This document shows positions 22,542-33,510 of a stretch of DNA of 64,000 nt, piece by piece; position 1 is the stretch's first letter; each line of letters opens with the position of its first letter. The notes beneath the pieces were generated by a model. That model ran no database searches. It worked only from the letters and a program-made list of their open reading frames with translations, and was not told the origin of the DNA. The DNA is from a virus, in IMG/VR virus record IMGVR_UViG_3300028394_000045, positions 87,645 to 151,644 of that record; one strand, written 5' to 3'. Both the position numbers and the translations under genes were made by a program.

Positions 22542-23377
22542 CCACTGGTGCATTGATATTTGCGTTCAATAATGAAAAAACTGACTATATAGCCATGGCA
22601 GCTTGGTCGGCACGAAACATACACAGACATCTTGAGATTCCGGTAGCAGTGGTCACTGACTATGAATACCATGCAGATCTGTCAGTATTCGATCAAGTGA
22701 TCTTTTCAGAGTCCAGCTCAGGTGGCTCAAGGAATTTTGAAGATTACCAAGCAACCGTGACCTGGCACAACGCCGGCAGACCCGATGCATACCATCTCAC
22801 ACCCTGGCACAATACTCTATTATTGGATGCTGACTACATAGTGGCCAGCGACAATTTACGTGGCATCTGTAGCAACGGTAGAGATCTGCAGGCCTACGCA
22901 AGGTCTGTGGATGTGCATGGAAGGCAAGACCTAGATTGGTTTGGAAATCCGTTGATGCCCATGTCATGGGCCACGGTGGTGCAATTTCAAAAATGCCCAC
23001 AGGCCAAATACATATTTGATTGCATGAACATGATCAAACAGCACTGGCAGCATTACAGAGATATCTACCATATTCACAGCAGCACATACCGCAATGATTA
23101 CTCACTGAGCATGGCCATGAACATCGTGAATGGGCATGTGCTACCCCACAATGCAATCTTGGGTGCATTGACCAATGTGTATCCCAGTGACACACTGACA
23201 CAAACGCAGGAAGATTGCTATCGTATCACATGGACAGATTCAGCTGGAAAGAAACACCATGTGGATCTAGCCAATCAGGATCTGCATGCCATGGGCAAAA
23301 GAGATTTAGAGGTCATAGTTGAAAGTCATAGAAGAGCAAGGCTATCTCATAGCAGCCTGGAACTCGCCCACGGTTGA
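22538..23377 (+). CDS. GT-A fold glycosyltransferase-like protein
   Basis: VAVVTD, 'TPWHNTLLLDADY' DxD motif, YRND and C-terminal HAMGK, as in GT8/mannosyltransferase-like enzymes. Confidence 0.65.
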   Translation: MTTGALIFAFNNEKTDYIAMAAWSARNIHRHLEIPVAVVTDYEYHADLSVFDQVIFSESSSGGSRNFEDYQATVTWHNAGRPDAYHLTPWHNTLLLDADYIVASDNLRGICSNGRDLQAYARSVDVHGRQDLDWFGNPLMPMSWATVVQFQKCPQAKYIFDCMNMIKQHWQHYRDIYHIHSSTYRNDYSLSMAMNIVNGHVLPHNAILGALTNVYPSDTLTQTQEDCYRITWTDSAGKKHHVDLANQDLHAMGKRDLEVIVESHRRARLSHSSLELAHG

Positions 23378-24092
23378 TTACTTCAACTGCGCGAAGTCAC
23401 TGGCACAAACACTCAAGCACTGGCATCCTGATGCCAGGGTGTGCTTGGTCACGGATCAAGATGTCACAGATACTGTATTTGATCATGTGCGTGTGATCAC
23501 ACGAGTCAATCTTGACAATGCCTACGCAGATGATTGGCAAGTGTTCTATCAATCTCCATTCCGAGAAACCATCAAACTGGAAGCCGACATGTGGATCACC
23601 AGTTCAATCGATCACTGGTGGAACCTGTTCCGCAAGCGTGATCTGGTGATCAGCACAGGTTGCAGAACCTGGCAAGATCGGGCCAGCCCAGCAAGAAATT
23701 ATCGCCGAGTGTTTGATGCAAACAACTTGCCCGATGTGTATAACGCTATCACTTACTGGAGACTGAGCCCAACTGCAAAAGAGTTCTTTGGGCTGGTGCG
23801 TAACATATTCGAGCATTGGGCAGAGTACCGCAAACTACTGAAGTTTCCAGAAGATGTGCCATCAACTGATCTTGTGTATGCTGTGGCAGCACACATAATA
23901 GGACCCGAATCAGTGACTTTGCCGTTTGCTACATATCCCCGGATAGTGCATATGAAACGGCATCATGCTGGTACCCAAACAGAAAACTGGACCAAAGAGC
24001 TGATCTGGGAATGGGATCGAGGAAATCTGCGTGTTCAGACCCTAGCACAATCAGGAGCATTTCACTATCATGTCAAACCAACCCTTAACTGA
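23319..24092 (+). CDS. GT-A fold glycosyltransferase-like protein (paralog of the upstream gene)
   Basis: VCLVTD, 'SPFRETIKLEADM' (ExD variant), STD, VHMK, FHYH. Confidence 0.6.
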   Translation: MKVIEEQGYLIAAWNSPTVDYFNCAKSLAQTLKHWHPDARVCLVTDQDVTDTVFDHVRVITRVNLDNAYADDWQVFYQSPFRETIKLEADMWITSSIDHWWNLFRKRDLVISTGCRTWQDRASPARNYRRVFDANNLPDVYNAITYWRLSPTAKEFFGLVRNIFEHWAEYRKLLKFPEDVPSTDLVYAVAAHIIGPESVTLPFATYPRIVHMKRHHAGTQTENWTKELIWEWDRGNLRVQTLAQSGAFHYHVKPTLN

Positions 24093-24420
24093 AGAACAAT
24101 TCTGGGCTGCATTGTATGCAATGCCCGAGCCTCGACCGGTGTTCTTTAGATTGTACCACGACGATCAAGGACGTATATTATTCTACAGCATGGAAGATGT
24201 TCCAGGTACATATATTGAGATTGATGCCGAGACTTTTGCGCGGTCCTACACCAACATGAGAGTGAAGGATGGAAAGTTGATTGAAATAGCACGGACCACC
24301 AGTGTAAAACTCATTCCCGGAGACACTGGCACACCTTGTGATCCTACTGATGTGAGCATAGTGGTGTCAGAACAACAACCCACTACCAAATGGAGCAAAA
24401 GAACATATGAATCAAATTGA
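24070..24420 (+). CDS. Hypothetical protein
   Basis: 116-aa ORF overlapping both neighbours in the operon. Confidence 0.65.
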   Translation: MSNQPLTEEQFWAALYAMPEPRPVFFRLYHDDQGRILFYSMEDVPGTYIEIDAETFARSYTNMRVKDGKLIEIARTTSVKLIPGDTGTPCDPTDVSIVVSEQQPTTKWSKRTYESN

Positions 24421-25330
24421 TATAGCAGACTTAGATTGTATCTATCTCACCTACGACGAGCCACAACGTGAAGAGTTTTGGGTAAAGATAAAAAACATGA
24501 TCCCGTGGGCCAAGCGTGTGGATGGCATCAAAGGATCGGACGCAGCACACAAAGCCGCTGCCGCAGCCAGTGATACCGAGCGTTTCATCCTGGTAGATGG
24601 TGACAACTTGCCATCCGCAGATTTCTTCAACAAGACATTGCAATTCCCCACAGCTGACTATGAACGAGCAGTGTTCCGGTGGCGTGCCAGAAATCATGTG
24701 AATGGACTCATGTACGGCAACGGCGGCATCAGCTCATGGACACGTGAATTTGCAAATGCCATGCGTACCCATGAAGCCACCGACGGCCGCACAGAAACAC
24801 AAGTGGAGTTTTGCTTTGATCCGTTGTACTGGGCCATGCATGATTGCTACAGCACAACCTACCCGGCTCAATCGCCATTCCATGCATGGCGCGCTGGATT
24901 CCGCGAAGGTGTAAAGATGTGTTTGAACAAAGGTGCCCGGCCTACTGTTGAAGAATTCAAGAATCAAGTGTTGAGAAATCTCGACCATTTGACCATATGG
25001 CATAATATTGGTTCGGACGTGGAAAATGGAGAGTGGTGCATGGCTGGTTCCAGACAAGGTACCTACATGACCATGCTGACCAATTGGGATCATACGTTGG
25101 TTCAAGATTTTGATGCGTTAGCTGAAATTTGGGAAACCGTGAAAGATGTCCAACCACGCATACTAAGTAACCAGTTAGGTCCTGAGATTGGTACTCAATT
25201 GGACTTGCCAATGGCCATCCTAGAGGCTGAACAGAGTGCGTTTTTCAAATATCACTATCGATCAAATTGGCATAACCGTGGTGCCATGGTTCGAGAGATA
25301 GATGTAATACGCCAGCAAGAAGGATGGTGA
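24407..25330 (+). CDS. Glycosyltransferase-like protein (GT-A, DGD motif)
   Basis: IYLTYDEP, RVDGIKGSDAAH, FILVDGDN, NGLMYGNGG, AWRAGFREGVK; paralogous to the C-terminal domain of 41734..43947. Confidence 0.55.
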   Translation: MNQIDIADLDCIYLTYDEPQREEFWVKIKNMIPWAKRVDGIKGSDAAHKAAAAASDTERFILVDGDNLPSADFFNKTLQFPTADYERAVFRWRARNHVNGLMYGNGGISSWTREFANAMRTHEATDGRTETQVEFCFDPLYWAMHDCYSTTYPAQSPFHAWRAGFREGVKMCLNKGARPTVEEFKNQVLRNLDHLTIWHNIGSDVENGEWCMAGSRQGTYMTMLTNWDHTLVQDFDALAEIWETVKDVQPRILSNQLGPEIGTQLDLPMAILEAEQSAFFKYHYRSNWHNRGAMVREIDVIRQQEGW

Positions 25331-25331
25331 T

Positions 25332-25856
25332 ATGCTTAAAATAATCAATTTAGATTATGATTTTTCAAAGATTTTGTCTGCTGACTATGCTCAACATGAA
25401 GGTAGCTGTATCAGCCACCAGGTTTATGAACTAACAGATATCCATGATCGGTATGGAGGATTTCCTACTACCTATTGTTATGAAAATACCAAAATACATC
25501 AACTATGGTGGGAAAAAGACGATGTTGATTTTGTAGAGATTGGGCGACAATTAGGAATGGAAGTAATTACGGTCAGCAGTATTTCTCAGCCACCGGGATG
25601 TGTGATACCGCTACACCGAGATACCTTTTATCAAATCAACAAACAATATCCGGATAGAACAGAACCCAAAGTCCGTGCCAACATTTATCTTGAAGATTGG
25701 AAACTAGGACATTTTCTTCAATACGATGATGAGATAAGTGTTAAATGGAATGCAGGCGACGGACTATTGTGGGACTCTTCCCACTTGCATCTATCAGCCA
25801 ATGCAGGCATGCAAAACAAGTACACATTACAAGTATCGGGATTTCTAATAGAATGA
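25332..25856 (+). CDS. 2OG-Fe(II) oxygenase-like (double-stranded beta-helix) protein
   Basis: PPGCVIPLHRD (HxD) ... LHLSANAG (distal His) ... KYTLQVSG. Confidence 0.7.
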   Translation: MLKIINLDYDFSKILSADYAQHEGSCISHQVYELTDIHDRYGGFPTTYCYENTKIHQLWWEKDDVDFVEIGRQLGMEVITVSSISQPPGCVIPLHRDTFYQINKQYPDRTEPKVRANIYLEDWKLGHFLQYDDEISVKWNAGDGLLWDSSHLHLSANAGMQNKYTLQVSGFLIE

Positions 25857-26800
25857 GATTTAAAATTATTCCAGCTGATACTTTTATCTGGAATCTGTCA
25901 GAGTTGGTTGATTTTTTAATAGAATATCAAAATCAAGACATTGTTATAATCAATGGCACCGAAGGATGCTGTTCGACCACCATTGGGTTATATAAGTGGT
26001 TGGATAAATTTAAATTTAGTAATGTTACCATAGAAACCGGTAACATATTGGAAAGTCATAATCAATACAAAGTTTCCTATACGGCCCCGTGGAAATTTCT
26101 CGACATAGCAAGACCGATTGATCGGGCTCATCATATATGGAATCGTCAATCGATATTTGGGACGTTATATGGTCGCCCGCTATGGCATAGAATAGGTATT
26201 GCATCCCATCTACTATCGTCGCATAAGTCTATCAGTGAGATTGGTTGTTTGATTAATCCTGCAGATTCAGACCAACGAGAACTATTTGAAATTCTAGAAT
26301 TGTGGAAATATGATCCTAATAGCTTAATTAAATTTTCTAATGTGTTTTCTCAGTTTCCGTGCTACCATCAAGATGTTGATCAATACACACCTGGTGCAAC
26401 ACTAACTGACGGATTTGTTAAACAAACGGAAAGAGTATACAAGAATTTCTTCATTGACATAGTGGCAGAAACTTACACTAGCGGTAATTCTTTTTTCATA
26501 ACTGAAAAAACAGTACGTCCCATGCTGCTGAAAAAACCATTGATTTTAATGGGTGCAAAAGATTGCCTAAATTATCTAAGGCAAATGGGATTCAGAACAT
26601 TCGGCGATTTTTGGGACGAAACATATGATGGGTATGAAGGCCGTGAGAGATATTTGCGTATATTAGATCTAATAGATTGGATCGCAGGGCATAGTCACGA
26701 TCGGTTGGAAACCATGTATTGGGATATGCAATATACATTAGATCACAATTATAATCTACTGATTAATCAGCACTACAACACAGATATAACAAAAATATAA
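25853..26800 (+). CDS. GT10 (fucosyltransferase-motif)-like protein #1
   Basis: IVAET...FITEKTVRPML...YLRQMGFRTF..FWDETYD. Start moved to the ATG at 25853 (ATGA overlap). Confidence 0.55.
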   Translation: MRFKIIPADTFIWNLSELVDFLIEYQNQDIVIINGTEGCCSTTIGLYKWLDKFKFSNVTIETGNILESHNQYKVSYTAPWKFLDIARPIDRAHHIWNRQSIFGTLYGRPLWHRIGIASHLLSSHKSISEIGCLINPADSDQRELFEILELWKYDPNSLIKFSNVFSQFPCYHQDVDQYTPGATLTDGFVKQTERVYKNFFIDIVAETYTSGNSFFITEKTVRPMLLKKPLILMGAKDCLNYLRQMGFRTFGDFWDETYDGYEGRERYLRILDLIDWIAGHSHDRLETMYWDMQYTLDHNYNLLINQHYNTDITKI

Positions 26801-28167
26801 TGAATAAAAGCAATTTTCTATCATCTGCTGAACAGATGCACCGCGATTTGGGGCCAGCATTGTGCTTGGCCAAATGGAAACAGGTGAGCCTACATTTGCC
26901 CACTGGACTCAATAACAGTTGTTATCATCCACCACTACACACAATTGATCCAGTGGCAATAGCAGTTAATCCTGCGGCTCTGCATAACACTGATCATAAA
27001 AAATCTCAGCGAAAGATAATGTTGCAGCAAGAACGTCCTAAAGAATGTAGTTATTGCTGGAACATGGAAGACCTAGGCCGGCTGAGTGATCGACACTACA
27101 GATCAGGTGAGCCGTGGGCAGCCGTGGATTTTGAACAGATAAAAAATTCGACAGGAGATGAAGATGTTGTTCCCAGTTATGTTGAAGTCAATTTCAATCA
27201 TGCTTGCAATCTGCGGTGCAGTTATTGCAGCCCTCAGTTTAGTAGTTCATGGGCAGATGAAGTGTCTAGACTTGGTGCATATCCTACCCTGGTGCCTCAT
27301 AATGCTCCTGAGCATTTCACTGGGAGCCGTCGCCCTATACCTGCCCGCGAACACAATCCTTATGTAGAAGCATTCTGGTCATGGTGGCCCACTCTGTACC
27401 CTGAACTCAAGCACTTCCGCATGACCGGTGGTGAGCCCTTGATGGATCGCAACACCTATCGAGTGTTTGACTATGTGTTGGATCGCCCCAAGAGTGATTT
27501 ACACCTAGCAGTGACTTCCAACTTTAGTGTAGAGCCGGAACTATCCAGCAAATACTTTGACTACGTTAAAAGATTATGCGACACTGATATTGAACATTTC
27601 ATGCAGTATGTGAGTGTTGATTCGGGCATCGGGCCTCAAGCCGAATACATCCGACATGGATTGGATTTTGAACGCTTACAGAACAATGTGGAAACATATC
27701 TTCGAGATATTCCACATCGCAATAGCCTTACATTTATTGTGACCATGAACAACTTGTCAGTCACAGGATTTCTACCACTGATGAAGTGGATCTTAGAGTT
27801 GAGAAAAACCCATAGCCGAACATATCAGCGTGTGTGGTTTGATACACCTGTGCTGCGACAACCTGCGTGGCAAAGCCTACAGACCCTGCCGGAAAGCTAT
27901 GCTGCAAAGCTAGAACAAGCACGAGACTTCATGTTGGCCAATCTAGAAACAGAATCAGACTCATTCCATGGATTCAAGGACTATGAAGTTCAACGACTGG
28001 AGCGTGACATAGCCTGGATGCGATCAACCGTAAACGCAAGTACCCAAGATCTGGCAGACTTCTATAGATTTTTCACCGAACACGATCGTCGCAGAGGCAC
28101 AGACTTTGAGACCACATTTCCCGAAATGCTCACCTGGTGGCGACAATGCAGCTTACATGCTAGGTAA
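26800..28167 (+). CDS. Radical SAM protein with N-terminal Cys-rich (twitch/SPASM-like) domain #1
   Basis: CNLRCSYC, TGGEP, TSNF; N-terminal C..SCYH..ECSYCW. Confidence 0.9.
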   Translation: MNKSNFLSSAEQMHRDLGPALCLAKWKQVSLHLPTGLNNSCYHPPLHTIDPVAIAVNPAALHNTDHKKSQRKIMLQQERPKECSYCWNMEDLGRLSDRHYRSGEPWAAVDFEQIKNSTGDEDVVPSYVEVNFNHACNLRCSYCSPQFSSSWADEVSRLGAYPTLVPHNAPEHFTGSRRPIPAREHNPYVEAFWSWWPTLYPELKHFRMTGGEPLMDRNTYRVFDYVLDRPKSDLHLAVTSNFSVEPELSSKYFDYVKRLCDTDIEHFMQYVSVDSGIGPQAEYIRHGLDFERLQNNVETYLRDIPHRNSLTFIVTMNNLSVTGFLPLMKWILELRKTHSRTYQRVWFDTPVLRQPAWQSLQTLPESYAAKLEQARDFMLANLETESDSFHGFKDYEVQRLERDIAWMRSTVNASTQDLADFYRFFTEHDRRRGTDFETTFPEMLTWWRQCSLHAR

Positions 28168-29272
28168 GTACCGAATCATAGTGGATGAATGGGCTGAGGT
28201 TTGGGATCTACTCAAGCCCTATGCCGACGGCAGCTTCTGGCGCTGGAGTGATCTTGATCTTGATCCTGATGCAGTGTATGTTGTTGGTCGTGTGGTGCTC
28301 AAAGAGAACTGGCAATCCATAACTGACTGGGCACGAGCACATCCAGGTCGCATAGTGTTTTCCAATCCCGCCGAAGGATCGCAAACCATATTACTGCAAC
28401 TCAAACGGTTGGTGATTTCTGAACAAATAAAGTCAGGAGAGATATTGCTGCTGACGTCAGGCGATCTTGAACCAGGTTTGAACTACTGCAAGACTGATTG
28501 TTATTTCTCCAACATCGTAGAATACCTTGAAAACATCAGCGCACATGAATCGTGGTCGCAGGTGTATCACAAAACAAACAAGCCATACGACTTTTTGTTC
28601 TTGAATGGGCGACTACGTCCGCATCGTAAGTATCTCATTGATCAACTACGACAACATCAGCTGCTGGATCGTGCGCTATGGACCAACCTTGGCGATCAAG
28701 TGGAGATGAGTTGGACCAGTGCGTTAGAGACCGAACTTGTCGAGCCAGTGAGATTGTTGCCTGAACAATATGAAATACCTCGTGCTTTGCCCAACATGCA
28801 TTCATTGCCCGCAGGATTTGTCAAGCATCATTTGTTTGCCAACACCTGGGGCGATGCCATAGTCAATCCCGCAGCATACGTAGACACATCCTTTTCACTG
28901 GTCACAGAGACCATATTTGATTATCCACACACGTTCCGCACTGAGAAGATCTGGAAACCCATGATCATGTGCCATCCATTTGTGGCAGCTGCCAACCGTG
29001 GGTATTATCGAGATTTGCATGCAGCAGGGTTTGAAACATTTGGCAAATTGATTGACGAGTCATTTGATTACATAGACGATCCTACCGATCGTGCCAACAG
29101 AGTGGTCGCAGTTGTTAAAGATATATGCTATAATGGTGCTGAGGCTTTCTTGGAGGCTGCTAGAGTTACGTGTAAATACAACTATCAGCAGCTTCGTGAG
29201 CATAATAAACAAGAACGAGCCCTGCTACCCGCAAATTTACTCCAACACATTGATGACCGATCTAGAATTTAA
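28157..29272 (+). CDS. GT10-like protein #2
   Basis: FLFLNGRLRPHR, LVTET...RTEKIWKPMI...GFETF..LIDESFD. Likely start is the ATG at 28157. Confidence 0.55.
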   Translation: MLGKYRIIVDEWAEVWDLLKPYADGSFWRWSDLDLDPDAVYVVGRVVLKENWQSITDWARAHPGRIVFSNPAEGSQTILLQLKRLVISEQIKSGEILLLTSGDLEPGLNYCKTDCYFSNIVEYLENISAHESWSQVYHKTNKPYDFLFLNGRLRPHRKYLIDQLRQHQLLDRALWTNLGDQVEMSWTSALETELVEPVRLLPEQYEIPRALPNMHSLPAGFVKHHLFANTWGDAIVNPAAYVDTSFSLVTETIFDYPHTFRTEKIWKPMIMCHPFVAAANRGYYRDLHAAGFETFGKLIDESFDYIDDPTDRANRVVAVVKDICYNGAEAFLEAARVTCKYNYQQLREHNKQERALLPANLLQHIDDRSRI

Positions 29273-30584
29273 GCAACAGGTGTTAGACGCCAAGAGTGCA
29301 AGTTTTTGTGCAGCAAAATGGTACAACGCTACCATCTGGTTGGGCAGTGGCATGACTACCAGTTGTCATCACCCGCCGGCCCATTTGGTGGACATTGATA
29401 AAGTCCGGGCCAACCCTAGGCTGCTGCACAATACTGATCAGAAGAAAGAAGATCGTCGCAAGATGATAGCAGGTGAACGACCCAGTGGCTGTGAGTATTG
29501 TTGGAAGATAGAAGACATGGGCAGTGATGCTGTCAGTGACAGAGTATACAAGAGTAAAATTTACCCAATAGAGTTGTTAAATGAAGCACATACCAATCCG
29601 CCTGATCAAGACTTCAACCTCCGTACCTTGGAGATTGCTTTTGACCGTACTTGTCAATTTGCTTGCAGTTATTGTAATCCTGCATTCAGTAGCACTTGGG
29701 TTCGGGACATACGCAAAAATGGACCCTATCGAGATCTTGTGTCTGATGGTCGTAATCACTTCACTCACGATCATGGCAGTAGTCAGCTTTATAGCTTCGG
29801 TGAAACCAATCCTTATGTGGAGGCGTTCTTTGCGTGGTGGGAGTCAGACCTACATCGAACCCTCCAAGAACTGAGAATAACCGGTGGCGAACCCTTGATG
29901 TCGGGCGAGACTTGGAAACTGATTGATTGGTTCCGAAACAATCCAGGGCGCAGCCAAACACGCCTGGCCATCAATTCAAACCTGGGCACAGCAGTGGATC
30001 TAGATCGATTGCTGAACAGCATCGATGGGTTAGAAGTAGATTTGTATACATCTAACGAAAGTGTAGGCCTGCAAGCAGAATACATCAGAGATGGATTAGT
30101 GTGGGATGATTGGGCCAACAATGTAGAACGCTTGCTGGATAGCAGAAAGTTCCGTGGCATACACATCATGAACACCATCAATGCATTGTGTTTGTATTCG
30201 CTGGATCAGTTCTTGGAATGCATCATGAACTGGAAAATAGAATACGGACGTGATGCTGTGAGTTTCACTCTAAACATCTTGAGATTCCCCAGCTTTCAGT
30301 CGCCCTTGGTGCTGCCCGACGAACTACGCACAATATTTCGCAAGCGGTTGGAAGTATGGCTGGACGCTTGGTGGGACAGTGAATTCTTGCATGAGCACGA
30401 AGTCAATCATGTGCAACGCTTGATTGATTATCTCGACATTGTGAAGACCCCACATTCAGAAGCATTTGACCGGCCTCAACTGCTAAATGACTTCAAGCAG
30501 TTCTACACACAATACGATCAACGTCGAGGCAAAGTCTTTAGCCTGGCATTTCCTGCACTAACCCCCTGGTATGACGCACTATGA
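29253..30584 (+). CDS. Radical SAM protein #2
   Basis: CQFACSYC, TGGEP, NSNL; N-terminal FCAAKW..SCHH..GCEYCW. Likely start MTDLEF at 29253. Confidence 0.9.
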   Translation: MTDLEFKQQVLDAKSASFCAAKWYNATIWLGSGMTTSCHHPPAHLVDIDKVRANPRLLHNTDQKKEDRRKMIAGERPSGCEYCWKIEDMGSDAVSDRVYKSKIYPIELLNEAHTNPPDQDFNLRTLEIAFDRTCQFACSYCNPAFSSTWVRDIRKNGPYRDLVSDGRNHFTHDHGSSQLYSFGETNPYVEAFFAWWESDLHRTLQELRITGGEPLMSGETWKLIDWFRNNPGRSQTRLAINSNLGTAVDLDRLLNSIDGLEVDLYTSNESVGLQAEYIRDGLVWDDWANNVERLLDSRKFRGIHIMNTINALCLYSLDQFLECIMNWKIEYGRDAVSFTLNILRFPSFQSPLVLPDELRTIFRKRLEVWLDAWWDSEFLHEHEVNHVQRLIDYLDIVKTPHSEAFDRPQLLNDFKQFYTQYDQRRGKVFSLAFPALTPWYDAL

Positions 30585-32299
30585 CACTAGAAGAAAAAAT
30601 AACAGAACTCAAATCTCAATTTGATATAGTTGCGATAGTTAATCTTGATCCATGGCACGATCTGCACGAACATGATAAAAAGTCTTGGATGAGAGAAACG
30701 CTTGGGCCTATATACCGAGACTCTTATCTCGACAAACAGCGTATTTTGTTTACAGTCTCGCGAGGAGGTGTATACGCAGATCAACAAAGTCTGGCAGGGC
30801 AGTTGATCACACAACTACAGCGCAGACTCAACGAAGTAGACATATCTAATTTTTTTGTTATAGTACTGACCAACGATGTAACAATACAAGAATCTTATAT
30901 TGCTCATTATCAAGAATTTTCAACCGATATGGTTCCAATGACGATTGACGTTTATTCTGTTGAAATCACGCAGCGTCGTAGACAAGATAAGATGTCTAAG
31001 AAAACAAAACTCGGTAGCTATCAATATACGCATCTAGATCCAATGAAGATTGACATTGAAGATCTTACTGAACAAGAACAATTTTTACTCACCAAAAGTT
31101 CTACATTTTGCATGTACCCTTGGATACATTTTCATGCTTATCCCACCGGGTCGGCGCACCCATGTTGCATGGCAGATATGCAATTTCCAATTGGGGATAT
31201 GAGAAAAAATACCATTAGAGAAATATGGAATCAGGAACCTCTTAAAGAAATACGCAAGCAGATGCTGAATGAACAAGCAGTAACAGCTTGTAACAGATGC
31301 TACGAACAAGAATCCACAGGATTTGTCAGTGGAAGGATGAGTGCTAATAAACATCACGGCCATCTAATCAACCGTATACATGAAACCAAACCAGATGGAA
31401 CATTAGACAGATTTGAACTGACCTACTGGGATATAAGATTCTCAAATCTTTGCAATCTCAGCTGCCGCAGTTGCGGTCACATCTTTTCAAGTTCATGGTA
31501 TAAAGACCAGGCCAAACTAGCAGGGCCTGAATGGAAAAAAACTCACAAGGTATTGAACTATGCAGGTAGATTTGAAACTGATGCATGGGATCAACTGGTA
31601 GAACATATCGAGCATGTGGAGCAAATCTACTTTGCAGGGGGCGAACCCTTGCTAATGGAAGAACATTACAAGATTCTTGATGAACTGGTTCGGCAAAAAA
31701 AGTTCAATGTTCGATTGATTTATAATACTAATTTTACACATACCAATCTCAAAGATCGGAGCGTGTTCGAATATTGGAAACTATTTGATTCTGTCAGTGT
31801 AGGCGCCAGTCTCGACGGTTCAGGGCGTTATGGAGAATACATACGTAAAGGTACCGAGTGGAACAAGATAGAACAAAATAGAATTGACATGTTAAAGATC
31901 TGCCCGGATGTAGATTTTTACATCAGCCCTACTCTTAGTATAATGAATGCGTGGCACTTGCCCGATTTTCACCGAGACTGGGTCGAGCGAGGCTTTATTA
32001 AACCTCAGGATCTCAATGTAAATATCTTACAAGACCCACCGCACTATCGAATTGATATCGCTACTGTAAAGTACAAACAACGACTACGGTTAAAATATCA
32101 AGAACATCTGGAATGGTTAGAAAAAAATCAAGATCCTCTAGAACGTGCCACTGAAGGATTTAAATCGGCTATTAATTTTATGATGGCAACAGATAACACA
32201 CATCTCATCGACACCTTTTGGCGTAAGACTCATGAACTGGATATCATACGGTCAGAAAATATTAGCGATATTATACCCGAACTTGAAGCATTAAAATGA
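30581..32299 (+). CDS. Radical SAM protein #3 with an extra ~170-aa N-terminal domain
   Basis: CNLSCRSC, AGGEP, YNTN; FCMYPW..PCC..CNRC auxiliary domain. Confidence 0.9.
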   Translation: MTLEEKITELKSQFDIVAIVNLDPWHDLHEHDKKSWMRETLGPIYRDSYLDKQRILFTVSRGGVYADQQSLAGQLITQLQRRLNEVDISNFFVIVLTNDVTIQESYIAHYQEFSTDMVPMTIDVYSVEITQRRRQDKMSKKTKLGSYQYTHLDPMKIDIEDLTEQEQFLLTKSSTFCMYPWIHFHAYPTGSAHPCCMADMQFPIGDMRKNTIREIWNQEPLKEIRKQMLNEQAVTACNRCYEQESTGFVSGRMSANKHHGHLINRIHETKPDGTLDRFELTYWDIRFSNLCNLSCRSCGHIFSSSWYKDQAKLAGPEWKKTHKVLNYAGRFETDAWDQLVEHIEHVEQIYFAGGEPLLMEEHYKILDELVRQKKFNVRLIYNTNFTHTNLKDRSVFEYWKLFDSVSVGASLDGSGRYGEYIRKGTEWNKIEQNRIDMLKICPDVDFYISPTLSIMNAWHLPDFHRDWVERGFIKPQDLNVNILQDPPHYRIDIATVKYKQRLRLKYQEHLEWLEKNQDPLERATEGFKSAINFMMATDNTHLIDTFWRKTHELDIIRSENISDIIPELEALK

Positions 32300-33510
32300 A
32301 GATACCTCACGACAAATTTTGTGTATTGCCCTGGATCAGCTTAGAAGCCAGTCCAATAGGCACTGTGAGACCATGTTGTCTAGCCGATGATGAAATTGTT
32401 GATAATGACGGAAATAAATTTAAACTAGGTCAAGCTGTTTTTGATCATATACAAAATAGCGATCACATGCAACAGCTACGTGAAGAATTCTTAGCAGGTG
32501 AAAAACCACAAACTTGCCGCAAGTGTTGGAATGAAGAAAGATCAGGTCGCACTAGCAAACGCATGCACACACTGGATAGACTGAAGCATGTGCTGACAGA
32601 TGAGTCTTGGAGCTCAGATGCCAAGCCTTTGATGTTCTTGGATCTTAAATTGGGCAACATCTGCAATCTCAAATGTAGGATATGTGGCCCCTGGTCCAGC
32701 TCGCAATTTGCCAGTGAAGAGATCTCTTGGATGCCACGTGAAGAACAAAAGAGCAGCCATGCGTATGAGATGCTGAGAGCAGGAGCCTGGCCCAAAGAAA
32801 ACGATCATTTCTGGTCCGAGATCGATTTGGTGCTCACAGACATACGCTATATCGAATTCACTGGTGGCGAGCCATTCATGATTGATCAACACTTTGACAT
32901 GTTGCAAGGCATAGTGGATCGTGGCATCGCCGGTCAGGTAGAGATACACTACAACACCAATGGCACACACTACCCTGAACGTGGGGAAAATATCTGGAAG
33001 CATTTTAAAACAGTAGAAGTGGCATTTAGTATAGACGATGTGGGTGCTAGATTTGAATATCAGCGCACCAATGCGGACTGGGCAGTGGTGTTGGACACGA
33101 TTGTGAGTTTTCAATATCTCAAAGATCACATGCCTAACTTGCAGTTACAATGTTGCAGCACAGTGAATATTTTCAATGTGCGCTACCTTGATCAGCTAGC
33201 TCACTGGCTTGCATTGCAACGATTTGACTTTGTGTATTGGAACATGATGCACGATGCTTGGTATTTTAGTATAGCCACTTTGCCTGATTCTGCAAAAACA
33301 CAGATCATCTCTCACTTGGAGTCAGCAGATGTTCCTGCACAGTACCAAGATGAATTTGTACGCATAGCAGATTTCATGCGTAACGGCGCATCCACGGATG
33401 GATTCATGACCCGAATGAAGATTGCAGATCTTGACCGTAAACGCAATCAAGATTTTGAACAAACCAGTCCTGAGATGGCTGTATTGATACAATACAAAAA
33501 GAATGGCTAA
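32296..33510 (+). CDS. Radical SAM protein #4
   Basis: CNLKCRIC, TGGEP, YNTNG; FCVLPW..PCC..CRKC. Confidence 0.9.
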   Translation: MKIPHDKFCVLPWISLEASPIGTVRPCCLADDEIVDNDGNKFKLGQAVFDHIQNSDHMQQLREEFLAGEKPQTCRKCWNEERSGRTSKRMHTLDRLKHVLTDESWSSDAKPLMFLDLKLGNICNLKCRICGPWSSSQFASEEISWMPREEQKSSHAYEMLRAGAWPKENDHFWSEIDLVLTDIRYIEFTGGEPFMIDQHFDMLQGIVDRGIAGQVEIHYNTNGTHYPERGENIWKHFKTVEVAFSIDDVGARFEYQRTNADWAVVLDTIVSFQYLKDHMPNLQLQCCSTVNIFNVRYLDQLAHWLALQRFDFVYWNMMHDAWYFSIATLPDSAKTQIISHLESADVPAQYQDEFVRIADFMRNGASTDGFMTRMKIADLDRKRNQDFEQTSPEMAVLIQYKKNG

